Assembly (NCBI GenBank): GCA_050011875.1
Contig: JBEKIG010000001.1
Coordinates: forward strand, 131,736 to 195,735
Reading direction: 5' to 3'
Source of the DNA: Nitrososphaeria archaeon
GTDB lineage: Archaea > Thermoproteota > Nitrososphaeria > JACIWG01
DNA length: 64,000 nucleotides
Shown: positions 1 to 10,997 of the stretch, in pieces
Layout of the letters: every line of letters begins with the position of its first letter
How positions within the stretch are numbered: the stretch's first letter is position 1
The notes under the pieces: generated by a model
Told to the model about the DNA's origin: nothing
Databases searched by the model: none
Seen by the model: only the letters and a program-made list of their open reading frames with translations
Position numbers and translations under genes: made by a program

Positions 1-30
1 GGGACAAACTGCATAGTTAGAGGGAAATAT

Positions 31-3000
31 TTGGATCCTACAAACCAACCTCAGATGAAACTTGTTGAATTTATGCGATTAACAGATAACGTTTCCAAAA
101 AAATTCATGGTGTACTAAACGAACGGGAAATTTTTAATATTTTGAAGGAGGAATTTTCTAAATCAAAGAAATATGATATTACAATACTGTTAACAAATAA
201 TGACAGAACCAAGCTTGACATGGAAGAAACATCTCTGATTCTTAAGAACCTTAAGAAAATACAAAAGATTACTGGCTTAGGAATCAGTAAATACAATATT
301 GAATTAAATAAATCTAAAATTTTCAATAGAGTCGTAAACGATTGTGAAACATTTGAGGTAAAGACTGGTGATATAATTAGTGAAATTCTTCCTACACCCT
401 TCGCATACCTTGTAACCAGGATGATAGGTCTGGTAGGAAAAAATACTGTGGTAACACCTTTAAATCGAGAAGGAAAAATTGTAGGAGCTTTAGCTATCTC
501 ATCTTCTGAGCAAACAGAGCATTTAATGCTCCCTGTAAAAAACCTAGCTCAGAATATTTCGATTTCGCTTGAACTCATAGATAGGCACAACGATCTTTTG
601 AAGACAGAAAAAGCACTAGAACAAGAACGTAACAAAGCTCAGAAGTACCTAGACGCAGCTGGTTTGATCACACTTTTCATAGACGTTAACGGGTTTGTTC
701 AAAGCATTAATCGGAAAGGAAGCGAATTTTTAGGATATACAATGCAGGAAATTGTTGGCAAAAATTGGATAGATAACTTCCTACCTGAGAAATCTAGGGA
801 ACATGTTAGAATGATATTCACAAATATTGTTCAAGATCCAACGGAATCGAATTCCCACTATGAAAATTCAGTACTAACGCGCAAGGATGGAGAGCGGTTT
901 CTTACTTGGAATGGCATTCGATTGGAAGATTCCGATGGCAAGGTTATAGGGATATTAAATTCAGGGAACGATATCACAGAGCACAAGAAAACAGAAGACG
1001 AGTTGAGAGCAAGTCAAAGGACTCTTTCATCACTAATGAGTAATTTGAGCGGTATGATGTATCGTCGATCCAACGATAATAATTGGACGATGTCGTTCGT
1101 CAGTGACGGATGTTTTGACCTTACGGGTTACCTTCCATCTGATTTTGTAAAAAATAAGATATCGTACAGCCAGCTAGTACATTCCAGGGACAAAAAAAAG
1201 ATTCTTGACGCAATTCAAAAATCCTTAACTGAATCAAAATCTTTTAAAATAGAATACAGGATTTTCACAGCAAATGGTGAAATGAAATGGGTATGGGAAG
1301 AGGGTCACGTTATTTCCTCCGGAACTGGTTCATATGCTACTCTAGAAGGCTACGTAACCGAAACTACTGTGAGGAAGAAGATAGAAGAGGAGTTAAAGAA
1401 GTCAGAAGAAAGCTTCAGGAAGCTGGCAGAAAACGCGTCAGACATTATCTTTCTGTACGACCTAATAAGAGGTTACGATTATATGAGCCCAGCCTGCATT
1501 AAAATAACCGGCTACACTCCCGAGGAATTTTATGCAGATAAAAATCTGACTTATAGAACAGTTCACCCTGACGACGTTCACGAATTAACTAAAATGATGG
1601 AGGAAGTTAATAAACAGAGAATCCCCGTTCAATCAGAAATACGCTGGAGGCACAAGAAAGGTAAGATTGTGTGGACTGAACAGACTTATATTCCAATTCA
1701 GGATGAGAAAGGTGACCTTATTGCTTTTGAGGGCATAGTTAGAGATATTACAGAACGTAAACAAATAGAAGAGGATAGGAGACGCTTTGAAGATAGACTT
1801 TCCGCCCTAAATTTTTATGGTGTTACATTGAACTCTGCTCAAAACCAGCAGCAAGTTTTCGATCTAACTCTTAACGCTGTAGAGAAAGCACTAGGTTTTG
1901 AGTATGCGGCATTCTTGATAATGGACCGAGGATACCTCCGACTGGCAAGTCAGAGGGGCATCTCTAGAACTCTTATAAAGGAACTACCTATTGATGACTC
2001 AAAAAGAGGAATTGACATTAGAGCATACAACACTCGCAAAGCTATACTCGTAGATGACGTTTGGAAGGATAGAGATTACGTTGAAAATATTCCAGGCATA
2101 AGGTCAAAGCTTGTCGTCCCCGTTGAAATTGAAGACAGAGTAATAGGTGTTTTAAACATACAAAGCAAGAAGGTTGGCGCATTTGATGGAAGAGATATGA
2201 AGTTACTCCAGATTTTAGCTTCTCATGCTGCTGCGGCTATTAGTAGCAAAGAGAAACAAGCTGAAATAGAGAGAAGATCGAACCAACTCTCTTCTCTTAT
2301 GAAAAGTTCTGCAGAGATTATTCATACAACTGATCTCTATCAAAGACTAAGTGTGACTGCAAATGCAATAAGAGATTTGGGTTGGAGAAGGGTCGTTATA
2401 ACGTTAAGAGACGAAAATTTAGAAGTGAAAACTTTAGATGATATAGTGAGTTCTGGTCTTACAAATGAAGAAAGGGACTTTCTTTGGAAGAACACACCTT
2501 CACCAAAAGTCTGGCGTGAACGTTTTGGCCCCGAATACAACCGTTTCAAGATAGGCCAATTTTATTATCTGCCATGGAGTGAACCATGGGTTAGAGAAAA
2601 ATTTTCTGATAACACTGTTGCCAGTAGATTAATGCGGGAGGAAATGGTTGACTGGGATCCACAAGACCTACTTTATGCTCCACTTACCTTAGCCAACGGA
2701 CGAATAGTTGGCGTGTTGAGCATCGACGACCCTGTTGATGGCAGGAGACCGACAAGTGAGTCGTTGGCCCCACTTGAACTTTTCATTCATCCAGCCGCCG
2801 TTGGTATAGAAAATGCTCAGCTAATTCGACAGTTGAATAACGCTACTAGTCAAATTAAGGAATATGCGGATAGACTTGAACAGATGGTGCAGCAGAGAAC
2901 TCAAGAGCTTTTTGAAGCACAAAATAAGTTAATCAAGTCAGAAAGGCTGGTGGCGATAGGTGAAATAGCTGCGATGGTAGGACATGACCTGCGCAACCCC

Positions 3001-3633
3001 CTACAGGTTATAATCTATACGCTGTACCTCTGTAATGAAATTCTCAAGAAGGCTCCCCAGGAAGTGGGAAATGCCTTGCAAGAAAATCACCTAGAAGATC
3101 TTCTTTCAAGAATTGGAGAGCAGGTGAACTACATGAATAAAATCATCTTAGACCTGCAAGATTATTCAAAGCCCCTAGAACCAAACATTGTCGAGACTAA
3201 TATTTTAGATTTAATCAAGGACACCATCTCTAATATCACTGTTGCAGAAAATATTAAGGTTGCAATTAAGATTCCAGAAAATTTCCCTAGAGTTCCAATG
3301 GATTCTTCTATGATGCAAAGAGTGTTCGTTAATCTTGCTAACAACGCTATGCAGGCGATGTCAGACGGCGGCCAACTGACCTTTGAGTCTTTAATTTCTG
3401 ATGGGACATTAACAATTAGTGTCCAAGATACTGGAGTCGGTATACCCGCAGAGAACATGGACAAGTTGTTTCAGCCTTTATTTACAACCAAATCCAAGGG
3501 TCAAGGATTCGGCCTAGCCGTCTGCAAGCGAATAGTGGAAGCTCACGGTGGAAGTATTTCCGTAGCGAGCGAATCAGGTAAAGGATCAATATTCACAATT
3601 AAGATTCCAATTGGAAAGTTAAAATACTCCTAA
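31..3633 (+). CDS. Multi-sensor (GAF/PAS) signal transduction histidine kinase
   Basis: Three PAS/PAC repeats (DITEHK, TTVRKK, RDITERK), GAF-like segments, H-box AAMVGHDLRNPL, N-box NLANNA, DTGVGI, LFTTK and GQGFGL; TTG start. Confidence 0.95.
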   Translation: MDPTNQPQMKLVEFMRLTDNVSKKIHGVLNEREIFNILKEEFSKSKKYDITILLTNNDRTKLDMEETSLILKNLKKIQKITGLGISKYNIELNKSKIFNRVVNDCETFEVKTGDIISEILPTPFAYLVTRMIGLVGKNTVVTPLNREGKIVGALAISSSEQTEHLMLPVKNLAQNISISLELIDRHNDLLKTEKALEQERNKAQKYLDAAGLITLFIDVNGFVQSINRKGSEFLGYTMQEIVGKNWIDNFLPEKSREHVRMIFTNIVQDPTESNSHYENSVLTRKDGERFLTWNGIRLEDSDGKVIGILNSGNDITEHKKTEDELRASQRTLSSLMSNLSGMMYRRSNDNNWTMSFVSDGCFDLTGYLPSDFVKNKISYSQLVHSRDKKKILDAIQKSLTESKSFKIEYRIFTANGEMKWVWEEGHVISSGTGSYATLEGYVTETTVRKKIEEELKKSEESFRKLAENASDIIFLYDLIRGYDYMSPACIKITGYTPEEFYADKNLTYRTVHPDDVHELTKMMEEVNKQRIPVQSEIRWRHKKGKIVWTEQTYIPIQDEKGDLIAFEGIVRDITERKQIEEDRRRFEDRLSALNFYGVTLNSAQNQQQVFDLTLNAVEKALGFEYAAFLIMDRGYLRLASQRGISRTLIKELPIDDSKRGIDIRAYNTRKAILVDDVWKDRDYVENIPGIRSKLVVPVEIEDRVIGVLNIQSKKVGAFDGRDMKLLQILASHAAAAISSKEKQAEIERRSNQLSSLMKSSAEIIHTTDLYQRLSVTANAIRDLGWRRVVITLRDENLEVKTLDDIVSSGLTNEERDFLWKNTPSPKVWRERFGPEYNRFKIGQFYYLPWSEPWVREKFSDNTVASRLMREEMVDWDPQDLLYAPLTLANGRIVGVLSIDDPVDGRRPTSESLAPLELFIHPAAVGIENAQLIRQLNNATSQIKEYADRLEQMVQQRTQELFEAQNKLIKSERLVAIGEIAAMVGHDLRNPLQVIIYTLYLCNEILKKAPQEVGNALQENHLEDLLSRIGEQVNYMNKIILDLQDYSKPLEPNIVETNILDLIKDTISNITVAENIKVAIKIPENFPRVPMDSSMMQRVFVNLANNAMQAMSDGGQLTFESLISDGTLTISVQDTGVGIPAENMDKLFQPLFTTKSKGQGFGLAVCKRIVEAHGGSISVASESGKGSIFTIKIPIGKLKYS

Positions 3634-3634
3634 A

Positions 3635-4123
3635 GTGATTATAATAGTGTTAAAGAGAAGATCAAAAATGGTGGGATTCGAAAATTCAAAAATCCTAATT
3701 GTAGATGACGATAGGGAAATTTTACGAAGTCTAAAGGAGATTCTGGAGTCAAAAGGATACGAAATAGACCTTGCAGAGACGGGCCATAGTGCCGTTGAAA
3801 AAGCCAAGGTAAAATACTTCAACTTGGCTTTACTAGATATTAAACTACCAGACATGGAGGGCACAGATCTGCTCGCAAAGATTCATAAGGCTAAACCTGA
3901 GATGATGAAGATAATGATAACAGGTTATCCATCGTTGGATAACGCCGTTAAAGCGCTCAATCTCGGAGCAGACGCGTATATAATGAAGCCGGTTAATCCG
4001 GATAACCTACTCAAAGTTGTTGAAGAAAAACTGAAGGCGCAGAAGGAGGCAGAAGGTATGACAGAAGAAAAGATTGCGGAATGGATTGAAAATCGCATTC
4101 AGAAGCTTGAGCAAAAGAAGTAA
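3635..4123 (+). CDS. Stand-alone response regulator receiver protein
   Basis: ILIVDDD, LLDIKLPDMEG, ITG and KP motifs; directly follows the kinase; the true start may be ATG 3668. Confidence 0.93.
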   Translation: MIIIVLKRRSKMVGFENSKILIVDDDREILRSLKEILESKGYEIDLAETGHSAVEKAKVKYFNLALLDIKLPDMEGTDLLAKIHKAKPEMMKIMITGYPSLDNAVKALNLGADAYIMKPVNPDNLLKVVEEKLKAQKEAEGMTEEKIAEWIENRIQKLEQKK

Positions 4124-4226
4124 GTGTGAAGAATCAATAACAAACATTGACAAGGAAGAAGCCACATATATTATTTTTTATGGAATAAAGAAAGATTTAA
4201 TTGAGTAAGAATTATCATCGAGCTCA

Positions 4227-4631
4227 ATGGCCATTATTTCCTATCCGCATGTAACTTGGCAATGCCAGCGATGTGCAAAATGCTGCAAGGATCATGGAGA
4301 AAGAAAAAGGCGGATACTGTTAACAGATCATGATATGGAACGTATAAAAGAAGCTTCTATTAAAGAGAGATTCTGCACAATTATTAAGAATAATGGCCCA
4401 TATAGATATCAGATGATACTGGAAAATGGTTCATGCATCTTTCTATCTAGCAATAGGTGTACAATCTATAATAGAAGACCTCTAATCTGTAGGTTCTATC
4501 CCTTCTCAATGGTAGAAGATGGAGGTTATATATTCGATGTAGATGCAGACTGTCTAGGTGTCGGTCTTGGTAAATGTGCCACAAAAAAAGTTTTTACTAA
4601 GCTTGTAAAGGAGGCCAAAGAATCACTGTGA
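4227..4631 (+). CDS. YkgJ-family (CxxCxxCC) cysteine cluster protein
   Basis: CQRCAKCC, CIFL, CTIYNRRPLICRFYPF. Confidence 0.9.
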   Translation: MAIISYPHVTWQCQRCAKCCKDHGERKRRILLTDHDMERIKEASIKERFCTIIKNNGPYRYQMILENGSCIFLSSNRCTIYNRRPLICRFYPFSMVEDGGYIFDVDADCLGVGLGKCATKKVFTKLVKEAKESL

Positions 4632-4681
4632 CAGCTTGGGAGGACAGAAAAAAAGAAAAGGGGGAAGTTCACGGTTATATC

Positions 4682-4882
4682 TTATGGTAACTTTATTTCA
4701 GTAATTTGGGCAAGACCGTTTATGTTATTTATCTTTATTATTTCGTCTGATATAGTGTACAGATAATCACCTATATATGGCTCTCTGATCAAACCAAGCC
4801 CGTTGTATTGGTTGTCAAAACCTTCATCGTAGTGAGTTATGTTTCCTTTAAGAGTTATTCCTTTATCGGTGGCCAACACCAA
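4682..4882 (-). pseudogene. C-terminal fragment of a secreted beta-propeller domain protein
   Basis: GITLKGNITH...IREPYIGDYLYTISDE resembles the conserved C-terminus of Beta_propel family proteins, which are normally several hundred aa; only 66 codons are present. Confidence 0.55.
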
Positions 4883-4954
4883 TAGAGCTACAGCTAAAAT
4901 ACCAAACAGTCATAAGATAAACTGGAAAATTAAAACAGCATAGGGTTCGTTTGA

Positions 4955-5641
4955 TCAAGAATCCTCACTTGCTTGATAGGGTCTTTCATATAACCTATTT
5001 TCCACACCATTTTCCTTTGCAGCCTTTTTCCATGCAGCGTCTCCGAACCAGGTGTACATCAGTGGGGATACCAGCGGCCTCTTCATTAGTTTTAGTGCCT
5101 CATCAGGTAACGGTTTATCTTCGCAAATTGAGTTTGCGACAAGTTCTAATGCTTTTCTAACGCCGCCACCTATTCTTCCTACGTCTTCGAGGTTTGTTCC
5201 TCCAATCGCCCCTCCACCTCCTAATGCAAGACCTCCGATCCATTCAATTTTTGTTTCTGAAGCAAATTTCCTACAGATAGCATGAGCAGTCTCACTCTGG
5301 CTTGCTTCTGGAAAACCGCTATTTGATAACGAAAGTATCTTCTGTTTTTTGGGCTCTTTTTGTAGCGAACGGTGTTTAAAAATCAGTTCTAACAGAGCAA
5401 TGACTTGCGATGGAATGTTGTCCACGTACAATGGAAACGTAAGTATTAAAAGATCAGCATCATCAATAGATTGAAGTATGTGAACGGCATCTTTATCGGT
5501 TTTCATGGCATCATAAATGTAGATCTTATCGCTTACAAAACCTTGTTTCTCTAATTTTTTTATGAGATAGTCCCCTAAAGCATTTGATGTGCTAGCGTAA
5601 CTTTTTGGGCTTCCTATAAGAAGTATTACATGTTTAGACAT
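4955..5641 (-). CDS. Flavodoxin-like NAD(P)H-dependent oxidoreductase
   Basis: LLIGSPK...STS, TFPLYVDNIP, NSGFPE flavodoxin-fold motifs. Confidence 0.85.
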   Translation of the reverse strand: MSKHVILLIGSPKSYASTSNALGDYLIKKLEKQGFVSDKIYIYDAMKTDKDAVHILQSIDDADLLILTFPLYVDNIPSQVIALLELIFKHRSLQKEPKKQKILSLSNSGFPEASQSETAHAICRKFASETKIEWIGGLALGGGGAIGGTNLEDVGRIGGGVRKALELVANSICEDKPLPDEALKLMKRPLVSPLMYTWFGDAAWKKAAKENGVENRLYERPYQASEDS

Positions 5642-5643
5642 TT

Positions 5644-6270
5644 TTAATCAATAACCTCTGCTATAGCTTCAGCAACTTTTTTGTATACGTCTTCTGTGGC
5701 GTCGTTGGGATAGACGACTCTTGTTGAATACTTTTCGCTGTAGAAGTTTATGGAATTACGTTCGATCAGCTTTTTGAATATCGTTTCACTTTCTTGGTCA
5801 GAACTTGGAAGGAAACCTATTCCAACCATTTTCGGATACTTCTCATATCGCGCACTGTGGTGTATTTCGCCTCCAATTTTCGTATAAAAGGGTAGGATGT
5901 TTGGTATCATACGTTCAAGAGCTTTCTTCAACCCTGGCGAATATCCTCCAAAAACGATAGGAGAAAGAAGGATAACTAGGTCACTTTGGACATTTTCCTT
6001 TGCAATAGAGCGCCCTACATCATCTATTACGCACATACCCGGCGTCTTTTTCCAACAATCAAAACAGCCTAAGCAACTTGATATATTTTGATCGCGGAGA
6101 ATTAATGCTTTGATTTGGCAATTTCTTTTCTTTAGAATATCCTGAATCTTGTCCATTATGCAAGCTGATATAGAATCCTCTTTTCTGGACCCATCAAGGA
6201 TTAAAGCCTTCATATAATCATCATTCGATAATATTGGTAAAACTTCTGCATGACTAGATAAACTTTTCAC
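5644..6270 (-). CDS. Iron-sulfur flavoprotein / flavodoxin family protein
   Basis: ILDGS, CLGCFDCWKKTPGMCVIDD, SPIVFGGYS; alternative start ATG 6213. Confidence 0.88.
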   Translation of the reverse strand: MKSLSSHAEVLPILSNDDYMKALILDGSRKEDSISACIMDKIQDILKKRNCQIKALILRDQNISSCLGCFDCWKKTPGMCVIDDVGRSIAKENVQSDLVILLSPIVFGGYSPGLKKALERMIPNILPFYTKIGGEIHHSARYEKYPKMVGIGFLPSSDQESETIFKKLIERNSINFYSEKYSTRVVYPNDATEDVYKKVAEAIAEVID

Positions 6271-6950
6271 AAAATAGCAAGAAGCTCTTTAAGATTGTTG
6301 ACCTCATAATCCGGGATCTCAAAATCGTTTATAGGATTGAGGTTGACCATAACACCTTGCTTTACCCTTATAGTCCTAAAACCTAGCACCTTAGACGGCC
6401 CAATGTCGATATCAAGTCTGTCACCGATCATTGTCGAATCTTCAGGACTACATTCCGCCATCTTCAATGCCAGCTGGAATATCCTTGTATTCGGTTTCCT
6501 CAGCTTAACCTGCTCAGACAAGACTGTTACACTAAAATATTCTGCGAGCCCAAAAGAGTTTATCCTTTGCCTTGTGTCCACTGGTTGGTTAGCTATTATA
6601 CCTAACTTAAACCTTCTACTTAGCTCAGAAACCGTTTTTAAAGCGTCAGGATAAGGCTCCATTTTTTCCAGATACCTTTTCAAAGCATATCTTTTATATC
6701 GTTCAACAATTTTCAGCATGATTTTCTTATCACTCGAAAAGTGTTCGGTGAGCCTTTTTACAAGCCCAAAATATGCTGCGCCGCCAAAACTTCTCTCCTC
6801 AATTATCCTCTTTAAAGCTTCATCAAAATCTTCATGAGTGATCTTAGCTCCTGAACGCTCAATCATTTCATAAACGTACCCAAACAGGTACTTGTCAAAT
6901 GTCTCCTCATTAACAAGAGTTGACCCAATGTCGAAAAACAGCCACTTCAT
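6267..6950 (-). CDS. HAD-superfamily hydrolase
   Basis: FFDIGSTL motif I, RKPN, IGDRLDIDI motif IV. Confidence 0.92.
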   Translation of the reverse strand: MKWLFFDIGSTLVNEETFDKYLFGYVYEMIERSGAKITHEDFDEALKRIIEERSFGGAAYFGLVKRLTEHFSSDKKIMLKIVERYKRYALKRYLEKMEPYPDALKTVSELSRRFKLGIIANQPVDTRQRINSFGLAEYFSVTVLSEQVKLRKPNTRIFQLALKMAECSPEDSTMIGDRLDIDIGPSKVLGFRTIRVKQGVMVNLNPINDFEIPDYEVNNLKELLAIL

Positions 6951-7231
6951 TTTCCCTGAACAAACCTCCCAAAACAGGCAATTTAACGATTTATTTGATT
7001 TATATTTATTTTACTCTAGCTTTTACTAGTACTAGCATGCTAGCTAATAATAAAGTGAAGCTGAATGGAAACATCGATACCAAAGATGCGGATTCTATTA
7101 AAACTGCAGCGGGAGGCGGTGAGAGAGCCTATGTGGCCTGGAAGGTAGTCTGAGAGAGGCTGTATGCTTCGTAATATAAATCTTTTTGGGAACCGTTAAA
7201 TATCTGCTTTTAAAAATAAAGAAAGAGTCTA

Positions 7232-7450
7232 ATGAAGATAGGAGCGTGCAGTATAGCCTGCGAAAAATGTCCTAGTATGGTTCAAAACAAGTGCCCGAGT
7301 GGGCAACATAGATGTATGCCGAAGGAAAATGAATTCTGTCAAATAGCAACTTGCGCCTATTATAAGGGAGTTAAACTATGTTTGAATGCCCTAGTTTCTA
7401 GGCATGGGCCAATTGATTGCGTATGGTTGATAGAATATGATAGGGTCTAA
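7232..7450 (+). CDS. Small Cys-rich protein (DUF3795-like), possibly truncated
   Basis: GACSIACEKC...C...C...CQIATCAYYKGVKLC pattern; the C-terminus appears degenerate. Confidence 0.5.
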   Translation: MKIGACSIACEKCPSMVQNKCPSGQHRCMPKENEFCQIATCAYYKGVKLCLNALVSRHGPIDCVWLIEYDRV

Positions 7451-8558
7451 CAGGGAACGTTTTCTTGCAATGCTGGAACATAGGATACCTGATAAGGTGC
7501 CGATAACGGATTTGGACATAGACGGCTCAATCGTAGAAAAGATCACAGGAGTAAATACAAGTGGAGGTGGGCAGCAATCTCCTATGATAGATAGAAGAAC
7601 CGGCTGGAAGAAGGTTCTAAGGGACGTCGACGCACTAATTGATGCGCACAGGGCATTAGACTTTGACGCCTTTTTGCTCACTAACTACAGAATGTCAAGG
7701 AAAGGGTATAAGCCTAAATTCCTCGATAAGGAAACTTTTGTTGACGAATGGGGTAGAAGGATGAGGATAAGAAAGGATACAGGTATAGTATGGTATTGTG
7801 GGGGAACGATAAACACAGAGGAAGAGCTTGAGGCGTTCAACCCCCCTAATGTGCACGAACCCGGTAGAGAAGAGGTCCTCCTCCATGCAATAAAGAATGC
7901 AGGGGAAGAAATGGCTGTTGGAGGAGAGGTGCAAACTGGTTTTGTAATATCCTGGGAGGCAAGAGGCGGCTTGGACAAGTTGGTAATAGACATGTATAGA
8001 AATCCCACATTTGCGAAGAAGGTGATGAAAAAGTTCGCAGATGCTTGCTTTGAATTCGCTAAGATGATGTTAGATGACGGTGTTGATCTTTTAGTTTTGA
8101 CCGACGATTACGCCGACAATCATGGTCCAATCATAAGCCCAGCTCTTTTCAGAGAATTTGAGCTCTCATACCTAAAGCGTGTTATAGAAACTGCAAATAA
8201 CAGGAATGTTCCTGTCATGAAACACAGCGATGGTAACCTGTATCCTCTATTAGACGACCTTATCGATGCAGGTATTTCAGGATTACATCCCATCGAGCCC
8301 GGACCAATGGATATAGCTGATGTAAAAAAGAGATATGGTGATAGAATATTTTTGGGAGGCAATGTCGACTGTAAAAGGATCCTACCTTTTGGTTCAGAAT
8401 CAGATGTTAGAAAAGACGTTAGAAGGGTAATCGATGCCGCAGGAAAGAACGGTGGGCTCGTACTTACGTCAAGTAATTCCCTGCACTCAGGTGTGAAGGT
8501 TGATAACATATTCACAATGGTCGACGAAGCTAGAAAATATGGTAAATATATAACGTAG
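7437..8558 (+). CDS. Uroporphyrinogen decarboxylase / MtaA-CmuA family protein
   Basis: RERFLAMLEHRIPDKVP, DEWG, HSDGN, GGNVD, GGLVLTSSNSL. Confidence 0.88.
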   Translation: MIGSNRERFLAMLEHRIPDKVPITDLDIDGSIVEKITGVNTSGGGQQSPMIDRRTGWKKVLRDVDALIDAHRALDFDAFLLTNYRMSRKGYKPKFLDKETFVDEWGRRMRIRKDTGIVWYCGGTINTEEELEAFNPPNVHEPGREEVLLHAIKNAGEEMAVGGEVQTGFVISWEARGGLDKLVIDMYRNPTFAKKVMKKFADACFEFAKMMLDDGVDLLVLTDDYADNHGPIISPALFREFELSYLKRVIETANNRNVPVMKHSDGNLYPLLDDLIDAGISGLHPIEPGPMDIADVKKRYGDRIFLGGNVDCKRILPFGSESDVRKDVRRVIDAAGKNGGLVLTSSNSLHSGVKVDNIFTMVDEARKYGKYIT

Positions 8559-8656
8559 AATGGATCTTATAAAATCGACATCGAATAAATGGCTTGCTGT
8601 CAGCCATATAAATTTATAAAAGAAGAATTCCCATTTTAAGGATGAGGTTTTAGAAT

Positions 8657-9853
8657 TTGAAGGTTACAGATATTAAACCGTTCTCTAGACCTGTTATCGG
8701 AAAGGTTATCGGAAAACCGGTTTTTCAAGATGCAATAAATTATGGTGGGAACATTATCCGATGGACATATACTGAAATTTTGACTGATGAAGGGATTACA
8801 GGAATAATTCCATACGACATGTCAGCCTATATGCTGGAGTTACTGAAGCCAGCCGTAGTCGGAGAAGATCCAATGGATATTCAGAAGATATGGAATCGAA
8901 TGTATTGGAGGAGCTTTAATGAAGGACGAAAAGGATCCGCGATCATTGCTATGAGTCAGATCGACATCGGGCTATGGGATATTGTCGGAAAGAAGCTTAA
9001 AACGCCTGTCTACAGGCTTCTCGGAGGTTACAGAGATAGGGTTCCGGGATACGGAAGCGGTGGTGTTCTTTCATTAAGCAGGGATCAGCTGGTCAAAGAA
9101 CAATTAAACTGGGTGGAGGCTGGATTCAGGGCCATAAAGATGAAGGTTGGGCGACGCGATCCGAGGGAAGATTCAGAAAGAGTCAGGGTTGTGCGACAAG
9201 CGGTAGGAAACAACATAGACCTGATGGTTGATGCAAACAATGGCTGGACCACAAGCACAGCTATTCAGATGGCTAAAAGACTGGAACGTTTTGATGTCAG
9301 ATGGCTAGAAGAGCCTGTCGTTGCGGAAGACTATGAAGGTTATGCTAGAGTTTCTGCATCCACGGATATTCCAATTGCTGGAGGAGAAAGCGAATATACA
9401 AAATTCGGGTTCAAAGAGCTTTTCGTCAGAAAATGTGTTGACATATGCCAAGCTGATGTAGGTAAAGTGGGAGGAATAACAGAGTACATGAAGATATCAG
9501 CCATGGCCGAAGCGTTCAACATACCTATGTGTCCACATGGTCTAGGCTTAGTCAGTGCACATTGTGTTGCGGCAACTTCTAACGGTATGACTGTAGAGTT
9601 CTTCGATGGGAACCGGCTACCCAACAACACAATAAGGAAGTTTCAAGAAGATACCGGACGAAAGTTCATGCCAAACAGCATTCAACCAATTAAGGGATGG
9701 ATTGATCTTCCAAAAGTTCCCGGCTTAGGGTTAGATCCTGACTTGGACGCTATAGAAGAATATCGTAGAAAGTACAAATTCAAAAACGAAGAATTATACG
9801 AAGGACCTGGAACTAAACCTCCGTTTAACAACAACATGTTTCTCTCACTATAA
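8657..9853 (+). CDS. Mandelate racemase/muconate lactonizing (enolase superfamily) enzyme, probable acid-sugar dehydratase
   Basis: DIGLWD, KMKVG (KxK), MVDAN, WLEEP, GGE, PHG, PGLG. Confidence 0.92.
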   Translation: MKVTDIKPFSRPVIGKVIGKPVFQDAINYGGNIIRWTYTEILTDEGITGIIPYDMSAYMLELLKPAVVGEDPMDIQKIWNRMYWRSFNEGRKGSAIIAMSQIDIGLWDIVGKKLKTPVYRLLGGYRDRVPGYGSGGVLSLSRDQLVKEQLNWVEAGFRAIKMKVGRRDPREDSERVRVVRQAVGNNIDLMVDANNGWTTSTAIQMAKRLERFDVRWLEEPVVAEDYEGYARVSASTDIPIAGGESEYTKFGFKELFVRKCVDICQADVGKVGGITEYMKISAMAEAFNIPMCPHGLGLVSAHCVAATSNGMTVEFFDGNRLPNNTIRKFQEDTGRKFMPNSIQPIKGWIDLPKVPGLGLDPDLDAIEEYRRKYKFKNEELYEGPGTKPPFNNNMFLSL

Positions 9854-10013
9854 AGATAGAAGAAAAGAAAAAAATAGATGTTTCAAATAATGCGACTTCA
9901 TAGGTAGTTAGAATTTTTTGCTGTGTTGATGATCTCCTTCTGATCTTGGTTAAAGGAAGGATTAATAGTTTTGATATAGAAATGATTAAATCAATCTAGA
10001 TTAATAAATAAAG

Positions 10014-10892
10014 TTGATAATCTTGGAAAAGGCTCCCTTTTTAGAAAAGATACTTGTTCTGGCGGACGGTTCTCCATTAAGCAATTTGGCAATGGATACA
10101 TCCGTGAGAATGGTCAAGAAGACGGATGCAAAGGTGACAGTGCTACACGTTATACCTGACAGAGCGTTGTACTCTGGTTTCTATCCTGAAAACATTCCTT
10201 ATGATGTGATAACCAAAATTTTGGATGGCTTGGAAGAAAAGGGAAAGAAGATAATAAGTGAAGCTCAAGAACTATTCAAAAAAGAGGGAATAGATGTTGA
10301 AGCACGGATCATTAGAGGACCTGACCCAGCAGAAGTCGCGCTCGAATATTCGAGACAGGAATTTGATATCATTATAGTCGGCGCAAGAGGTGAAGACGAA
10401 AAAGATCCCAGAATGCTTGGAAGTATTACTAGGAAGGTTGTAATGAATGCCACAGTCCCTACTCTCATAATCAAGAAGGAATGCCCTCTGGAGCGAATTC
10501 TCGTTTGTGTCGATGGATCTGAACATTCAATTGTAGCCCTAGACTATATTTCAAAGCTAGCCCAAGAGATGGGGTCAAAGATTTCGATTATTAACGTAGA
10601 AGAACGTAAACTCTACGATATGTCGCCCAAGACCGCTGTAGAAGGTGGCCAATTAGTCATCACGCACGCCCTCTCTCGCATCGGTAAGCCTGACCTACCT
10701 GTAGACAAAAGAGTTGAATTCGGGGTAACCCCGGATGTCTTAGTTGAAGTCGCAGAAAAAGAAAACATTGACTTAATAGTCATGGGAAGTAGAGGTCTAG
10801 GAACCGTAAGACGATTCTTACTTGGAAGCGTCAGCGATGACGTCAGCCAAAAAGCTAGAACTTCTGTCCTGATAGTTCCATGGAGAAAATAG
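10014..10892 (+). CDS. Tandem-domain universal stress protein
   Basis: Two UspA repeats (ILVLADGS, ILVCVDGS; IVMGSRG...LLGSVS). Confidence 0.93.
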   Translation: MIILEKAPFLEKILVLADGSPLSNLAMDTSVRMVKKTDAKVTVLHVIPDRALYSGFYPENIPYDVITKILDGLEEKGKKIISEAQELFKKEGIDVEARIIRGPDPAEVALEYSRQEFDIIIVGARGEDEKDPRMLGSITRKVVMNATVPTLIIKKECPLERILVCVDGSEHSIVALDYISKLAQEMGSKISIINVEERKLYDMSPKTAVEGGQLVITHALSRIGKPDLPVDKRVEFGVTPDVLVEVAEKENIDLIVMGSRGLGTVRRFLLGSVSDDVSQKARTSVLIVPWRK

Positions 10893-10997
10893 ATCCAAGG
10901 AGTAGCCACCTTCGTGAATATCCTTTGAAGTGTGTTTTAAAGGTATTTTTGAATGTATTGTCAAATAGCTAATAAAATGTTTCTATACTAAACGTTT

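Noticed and set aside
7437-8558. Calling this hemE or a methanogenesis methyltransferase (mtaA)
   Set aside because: Only family-level motifs are visible, and there are no adjacent corrinoid protein or tetrapyrrole genes.
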